From NCBI GenBank assembly GCA_046303115.1, contig JBKCGZ010000143.1:19323-83322 (forward strand): a stretch of DNA of 64,000 nucleotides. The letters run 5' to 3'. Of this stretch, positions 59,715 to 64,000 are shown piece by piece. Source of the DNA: Bacteroidota bacterium. Lineage in GTDB: Bacteria > Bacteroidota > Bacteroidia > AKYH767-A > OLB10. The translations under genes were made by a program, and so were the position numbers. Numbering within the stretch: position 1 is the stretch's first letter; each line of letters begins with the position of its first letter. The notes beneath the pieces are model-generated. The model worked only from the letters and a program-made list of their open reading frames with translations, was not told the origin of the DNA and made no database searches.

Positions 59715-61038
59715 TTTAACAGAAGTGGCTACAGGAACAAGTTTTGAAATTATTGGAGGAACTAAACTATCAGGTAGTATAGAACCTCAAGGTGCAAAAA
59801 ACGAAGCATTACAAGTGCTATGTACCGTATTACTCACCAATGAGCGAGTAATTATTGAAAACGTTCCGGAAATCAGAGATGTATTAAAGCTGATTGAACT
59901 CCTTGAAAAAATGGGAGTTGTTGTTGAGCGAATCAAAGCAAATGTTTATTCGTTTGAAGCATCGAATGTAAACATGGACTATCTGCAAACGAAAGAGTTT
60001 GCTAAGTTAGCCTCTGCCCTACGTGGTTCAATTATGATTGTTGGTCCGTTGTTAGCCCGCTTTGGCAAAGCAAGTATTCCGAAGCCAGGTGGTGATAAAA
60101 TCGGACGTAGAAGATTAGATACGCACTTTATAGGATTTCAAAGTTTAGGTGCAAAGTTCGACTTCGACGGAACAGAGAACTTTTTTACTGTAGAAGCAAA
60201 GGAACTGAAAGGTACTTACATGCATTTAGATGAGGCCTCAGTTACTGGAACTGCAAATATTGTCATGGCGGCTGTAATGGCTAAAGGCACGACTACGATC
60301 TATAATGCAGCCTGCGAACCTTACTTGCAACAGCTTTGCAAAATGCTAAATGCAATGGGCGCAAAAATTACCGGTATTGGTTCAAACATGCTGGTAATTG
60401 AAGGGGTAGAAAAAATGCATGGAACGCAGCATCGTATTTTGCCTGATATGATTGAAGTGGGTTCCTTCATTGGACTAGCAGCAATGACACAGAGCGAATT
60501 AACGATTAAAAATGTAGGATTACAACATTTAGGAATTATACCAGCTACTTTTCAGCGTTTAGGAATTAAAATGGAATTCAGAGGGGATGATATTTACATT
60601 CCTGCTCAGGAGAAATATGAAATTGATACTTTCATTGATGGCTCTATCTTAACGATTGCCGATCAGATCTGGCCAGGTTTTACTCCGGATTTAATCAGTG
60701 TTGTTTTAGTAACAGCAACACAGGCGGTAGGTACAGTATTGATTCATCAGAAAATGTTCGAGAGTCGTTTGTTCTTCGTAGATAAGTTGATTGATATGGG
60801 CGCTCAGATCATTTTATGCGACCCACATCGTGCAACAGTTATTGGATTAGGAAGAAAGCATCCATTAAAAGGAATTCAAATGACCTCTCCTGATATTCGT
60901 GCAGGGGTAGCCTTATTGATTGCGGCTATGTCGGCTAAAGGCAAGAGTGTTATTCATAATATTGAACAAATTGATAGAGGGTACGAACGCATTGACGAAC
61001 GATTAAATGCATTAGGTGCTCAAATAAAAAGAATTTAA
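59692..61038 (+). CDS. murA: UDP-N-acetylglucosamine 1-carboxyvinyltransferase (Asp at the fosfomycin-target position)
   Basis: The start was taken at MDLTVENN, overlapping the DUF4290 gene by 23 nt. SIEPQGAKNEALQ, with the active-site loop KPGGDKIGRRRLDTH (canonical ...GGCAIGARPVDLH). Confidence 0.93.
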   Translation: MDLTVENNLTEVATGTSFEIIGGTKLSGSIEPQGAKNEALQVLCTVLLTNERVIIENVPEIRDVLKLIELLEKMGVVVERIKANVYSFEASNVNMDYLQTKEFAKLASALRGSIMIVGPLLARFGKASIPKPGGDKIGRRRLDTHFIGFQSLGAKFDFDGTENFFTVEAKELKGTYMHLDEASVTGTANIVMAAVMAKGTTTIYNAACEPYLQQLCKMLNAMGAKITGIGSNMLVIEGVEKMHGTQHRILPDMIEVGSFIGLAAMTQSELTIKNVGLQHLGIIPATFQRLGIKMEFRGDDIYIPAQEKYEIDTFIDGSILTIADQIWPGFTPDLISVVLVTATQAVGTVLIHQKMFESRLFFVDKLIDMGAQIILCDPHRATVIGLGRKHPLKGIQMTSPDIRAGVALLIAAMSAKGKSVIHNIEQIDRGYERIDERLNALGAQIKRI

Positions 61039-61089
61039 TTTCGTTGGTATTATATTTGCCAACGGGCCGCGACTAAAAAAAACAGACAT

Positions 61090-61626
61090 ATGAAAAAACT
61101 TCATTTAATTACATTAATCTCTGCGATTACCATTTCAGCAATTACTTTCATTTATTGCGAGGCGCAGGATGCAAAAACAGGAACAAAAGTAGGAGACAAA
61201 GCAATTGACTTAGCTTTCACTACACCTGAAGGAAAAACATTAGCCTTGTCATCATTAAAAGGCAAAGTGGTATTATTAGATTTTTGGGCAAGCTGGTGCG
61301 GTCCATGCAGAAGAGAGAACCCAAATGTGGTTGCTGCATACAACAAGTACAAAGATTCAAAATTCGTTAACGGAAAAGGATTCACAATTTACAATGTATC
61401 GCTTGATAATAACAAAGACGCTTGGATGAAAGCTATTCAGCAAGATGGTTTAGTTTGGCCAAACCATGTAAGCGACTTAGGTGGATGGCAAAGTCGCGGT
61501 GCCCAGATTTACGGAGTAAATTCAATCCCAGCTAACTATTTAATTGATGGCAGAGGTGTCATTGTTGGAACAAACCTAAGAGGACCAGCATTAGATCAAA
61601 AATTAGAAGAGTTATTGTCAAAATAA
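61090..61626 (+). CDS. TlpA-family thiol:disulfide oxidoreductase (thioredoxin fold)
   Basis: 178 aa. Signal/anchor sequence, and FWASWCGPCRRE, which contains the WCGPC active site. Confidence 0.85.
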   Translation: MKKLHLITLISAITISAITFIYCEAQDAKTGTKVGDKAIDLAFTTPEGKTLALSSLKGKVVLLDFWASWCGPCRRENPNVVAAYNKYKDSKFVNGKGFTIYNVSLDNNKDAWMKAIQQDGLVWPNHVSDLGGWQSRGAQIYGVNSIPANYLIDGRGVIVGTNLRGPALDQKLEELLSK

Positions 61627-61645
61627 CCGAATTCAACAGCATTTT

Positions 61646-61676
61646 AAAAGCTCCGTATTTCACGGGGCTTTTTTAT
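61646..61676 (+). terminator. Intrinsic terminator after the tlpA-like gene
   Basis: AGCTCCG / CGGGGCT stem (one U-G pair) with a 7-nt loop, followed by T6. Confidence 0.7.
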
Positions 61677-61712
61677 TTAATTTTGTCTGCCAATTTGACC
61701 TCAATTATTGAG

Positions 61713-61741
61713 TGGCAAAAAAATTGACTGCGGCGCGCGCC
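61713..61741 (+). promoter_or_regulatory. Candidate heat-shock cis-element, copy 2: TGGCA-N8-GAC-N2-CGGCGCGCGCC upstream of grpE
   Basis: TGGCA at 61713-61717, GAC at 61726-61728 and CGGCGCGCGCC at 61731-61741. The block spacing is identical to the groES copy. It ends 19 nt before the annotated grpE ATG. A TAATTTTG -7 box lies upstream at 61678-61685. Confidence 0.5.
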
Positions 61742-61760
61742 AAAAATTTATCAATCAACC

Positions 61761-62309
61761 ATGAATAACGAAAATAATCAACCACAAAACGAGCAGCAGG
61801 ATCAGCTAGCAGAAGAACTAAAAATGCAGTCCGAAGCAGAAGCATCAGAGCAGGCACCAATTGAAGAGATGAATGAGCTTGACAGCTTAAAAAAATCATT
61901 ACAGGAAAGTAACGAAAAGCATATCCGCCTTTACGCTGATTTTGAAAATTACAAAAGAAAAATGCAGAAGGACAGAATCGAATTGATTTCTTCAGCAAGT
62001 AAAGAAGTAATTACTAATCTACTTCCTGTTTTAGATGATTTTGATAGAGCAATTCAAGCAGATAAAGACAAACAATTAAGCGAAGGTGTTTTATTGATTC
62101 ATCAAAAACTAGTTAGGACACTAACTGCTAAGGGACTTAAAGAAATGGAATGCATGGGCAAGGAATTCGACTCTGATTTTCACGAAGCAATAACCATGAT
62201 CCCAGTAGAAGATGAATCGATGAAAGGGAAAATTGTAGATGTATTAGAGAAAGGATATTCTATCAATGACAATGTAATTCGAAACCCTAAAGTAGTAGTA
62301 GGAAATTAA
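61761..62309 (+). CDS. grpE: Nucleotide exchange factor GrpE
   Basis: 182 aa. Acidic N-terminus, [14 protein letters not shown]-type motif ([17 protein letters not shown]), and a C-terminal beta domain. Confidence 0.95.
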   Translation: MNNENNQPQNEQQDQLAEELKMQSEAEASEQAPIEEMNELDSLKKSLQESNEKHIRLYADFENYKRKMQKDRIELISSASKEVITNLLPVLDDFDRAIQADKDKQLSEGVLLIHQKLVRTLTAKGLKEMECMGKEFDSDFHEAITMIPVEDESMKGKIVDVLEKGYSINDNVIRNPKVVVGN

Positions 62310-62313
62310 TTTT

Positions 62314-63474
62314 ATGGTAAAGAGAGATTTTTATGAGGTATTGGGCGTTTCGAAGTCGGCCTCAGAATCAGAAATAAAGAAAGCTTATCGTCAGATGGCT
62401 TTAAAATATCATCCCGACAAAAATCCCGATGATAAAGATGCAGAAGAGAAATTCAAAGAGGCAGCAGAAGCATACGAAGTATTAAGCAACCCTGAGAAAA
62501 AATCACGTTATGATCAATATGGTCATGCTGGAATGGGTGGCGCAGGAAGTGGTGGCTATGGCGGCGGAATGAACATGGATGATATCTTCAGTCAGTTTGG
62601 AGATATTTTCGGAAATGGTGGCGGCAATCCGTTTGAAAGCTTTTTTGGAGGTGGTGGTAGAGGAAGATCGCGTACTGTAAATAGAGGAAGCAACCTTCGT
62701 ATCAAAGTAAAGCTGACACTTGAAGAAGTATTGAATGGTGTTGAGAAGAAGATAAAAGTCAACAAAGCAATTTCATGTAATACATGTGGTGGCTCGGGTG
62801 CGCAAGCAGGAAGTGGATCATTTAACACTTGCGGTACTTGTAAGGGTGCAGGACAAGTAAAACGTGTTACGAGCAGTTTCCTAGGTCAGATGCAAACAAT
62901 TACTACCTGCCCTACTTGTAATGGTGAAGGACAAACAATCGTTAATAAATGCAAGGCTTGTACAGGAAGTGGTACACAACAATCAGAAGAGGTAATCAGT
63001 ATTCAGATTCCTGCGGGAGTTGCTGAAGGCATGCAGTTAAATGTCCAAGGCAAAGGTAATGCAGCTGAGCGCGGAGGAATTCCAGGCGATTTATTAGTGA
63101 TAATTGAAGAAGTAGAACATCCGAGCTTAGTTCGCGATGGCGATCATTTAATACACGATTTATACATCAGCTTTATTGATGCGACTTTGGGAACATCGGT
63201 AGAAATCCCTACGTTGGATGGAAAAGCGAAAATCAAAATAGAACCTGGTACACAAGGTGGTAAAGTATTACGATTAAAAGGCAAAGGACTACCATCAGTG
63301 AATTCACATTACAAAGGAGATATATTGGTAAACATCAATGTCTGGACACCTCAGCAATTAAGTTCAGAAGAGAAAAAGATTTTAGAAAAATTACGTGAGA
63401 GTGAAAACTTCAAACCGAATCCTGGTAAAGGCGACAAAAGTTTCTTTGAAAGGATGAAAGAATATTTCCATTAA
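62314..63474 (+). CDS. dnaJ: Molecular chaperone DnaJ
   Basis: 386 aa. J-domain with HPDKN, a G/F region and four CxxCxGxG zinc-finger repeats. Confidence 0.97.
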   Translation: MVKRDFYEVLGVSKSASESEIKKAYRQMALKYHPDKNPDDKDAEEKFKEAAEAYEVLSNPEKKSRYDQYGHAGMGGAGSGGYGGGMNMDDIFSQFGDIFGNGGGNPFESFFGGGGRGRSRTVNRGSNLRIKVKLTLEEVLNGVEKKIKVNKAISCNTCGGSGAQAGSGSFNTCGTCKGAGQVKRVTSSFLGQMQTITTCPTCNGEGQTIVNKCKACTGSGTQQSEEVISIQIPAGVAEGMQLNVQGKGNAAERGGIPGDLLVIIEEVEHPSLVRDGDHLIHDLYISFIDATLGTSVEIPTLDGKAKIKIEPGTQGGKVLRLKGKGLPSVNSHYKGDILVNINVWTPQQLSSEEKKILEKLRESENFKPNPGKGDKSFFERMKEYFH

Positions 63475-63481
63475 AAACATC

Positions 63482-63511
63482 AAGCGAAGACTAACCCTCT
63501 TCGCTTTTTTA
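63482..63511 (+). terminator. Intrinsic terminator after dnaJ
   Basis: AAGCGAAGA / TCTTCGCTT 9-bp stem with a 7-nt loop, followed by T6. It overlaps the stop codon of the convergent gene. Confidence 0.8.
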
Positions 63512-63982
63512 TTTACGCTCGTATAGCGGAAGATTTAATTTCTTTGCTATTGCTTGTGCAGTATGTAATCCTCCTTCTGTAAAAGGCCAATAATAAAGTG
63601 CTTTTATAGGATGCTGCTTTCTTATTTCCTCAATAGCTTGAATAGTTACCGCTTGCGCATAACCCTTATGACGATATTCATCTAATACTAGCGCAGAGCA
63701 AAGATAAACAGCATCATATTTCTGATTGGGCTCCGTTAGTTCATATAATCCCTTTTCATTTATTTCATGATGAATGAATTGATTCATTATGCTAGTGTTG
63801 GTTGGTATTAATAATACCCATAAGACTGGACCATCACCAAAATCTTTATCGCTTAAAGTGGCAGGATGGATTGACTGCAATTTTTCAATTACCTCTTCAC
63901 TGACGTCGAGTTGTTCGGGATCTTGACGAACGGCAAATACTTCATCTGCCAACGCAATTAATCGTTCATAGTTTGATTTCAC
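63509..63982 (-). CDS. Hypothetical protein, possibly an acetyltransferase (GNAT)-like fold
   Basis: 157 aa. The segment YLCSALVLDEYRHKGYAQAVTIQAIEEI resembles the GNAT motif A region. Weak assignment. Confidence 0.35.
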   Translation of the reverse strand: MKSNYERLIALADEVFAVRQDPEQLDVSEEVIEKLQSIHPATLSDKDFGDGPVLWVLLIPTNTSIMNQFIHHEINEKGLYELTEPNQKYDAVYLCSALVLDEYRHKGYAQAVTIQAIEEIRKQHPIKALYYWPFTEGGLHTAQAIAKKLNLPLYERK

Positions 63983-64000
63983 ATTTCAAAGCTAATACTA

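Overview
AT-rich, gene-dense chromosomal segment, almost certainly from a Bacteroidota bacterium (Flavobacteriia/Cytophagia-like). Evidence for this: a PorP/SprF-GldK type IX secretion (T9SS) operon at the left edge, type A and type B T9SS C-terminal sorting domains, GldA, TAnnTTTG-type promoter boxes, no Shine-Dalgarno sequences, a short ATP synthase epsilon, and the conserved miaB - sigma-54 activator - lptE - TPR - secG - groES - groEL order. All identifications come from reading the translated ORFs and the DNA by eye; no searches were run.

Most of the window is housekeeping: topA, miaB, secG, groES/EL, murF, metK, rsgA, dtd, rbfA, thyA-folA, clpX-clpP-tig, tRNA-Leu, ribF, atpDC, hutU, a uvrD-like helicase, murA and grpE-dnaJ. 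I saw no transposase, integrase, CRISPR array, rRNA or recognisable defence system.

Observations worth a second look:
1. An 814-aa T9SS cargo protein carries an animal-type lysyl oxidase catalytic domain with the copper and LTQ residues intact, plus a dockerin-like module.
2. A compact arsR - DUF6428 - unannotated 40-codon smORF - arsC operon has Cys-rich tails, a palindromic operator candidate and no arsenite pump.
3. A 29-bp motif with identical spacing (TGGCA-N8-GAC-N2-CGGCGCGCGCC) lies upstream of both heat-shock operons, groES-groEL and grpE-dnaJ.
4. A SWIB/MDM2-domain protein carries a histone-H1-like tail encoded by near-identical 27-bp tandem repeats. topA has a similar Lys/Ala tail.
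5. A cluster of CCTCTGA/TCAGAGG hairpins lies just upstream of that SWIB gene.
6. A GIY-YIG gene plus REP-like hairpins is inserted after folA and appears to have remodelled the folA 3' end.
7. An arginase-fold protein has 3 of its 6 canonical Mn ligands substituted.
8. MurA has Asp in place of the fosfomycin-target Cys.
9. A 1299-aa type B T9SS adhesin has 11 tandem Cys-containing repeats and no adjacent PorP/SprF partner.
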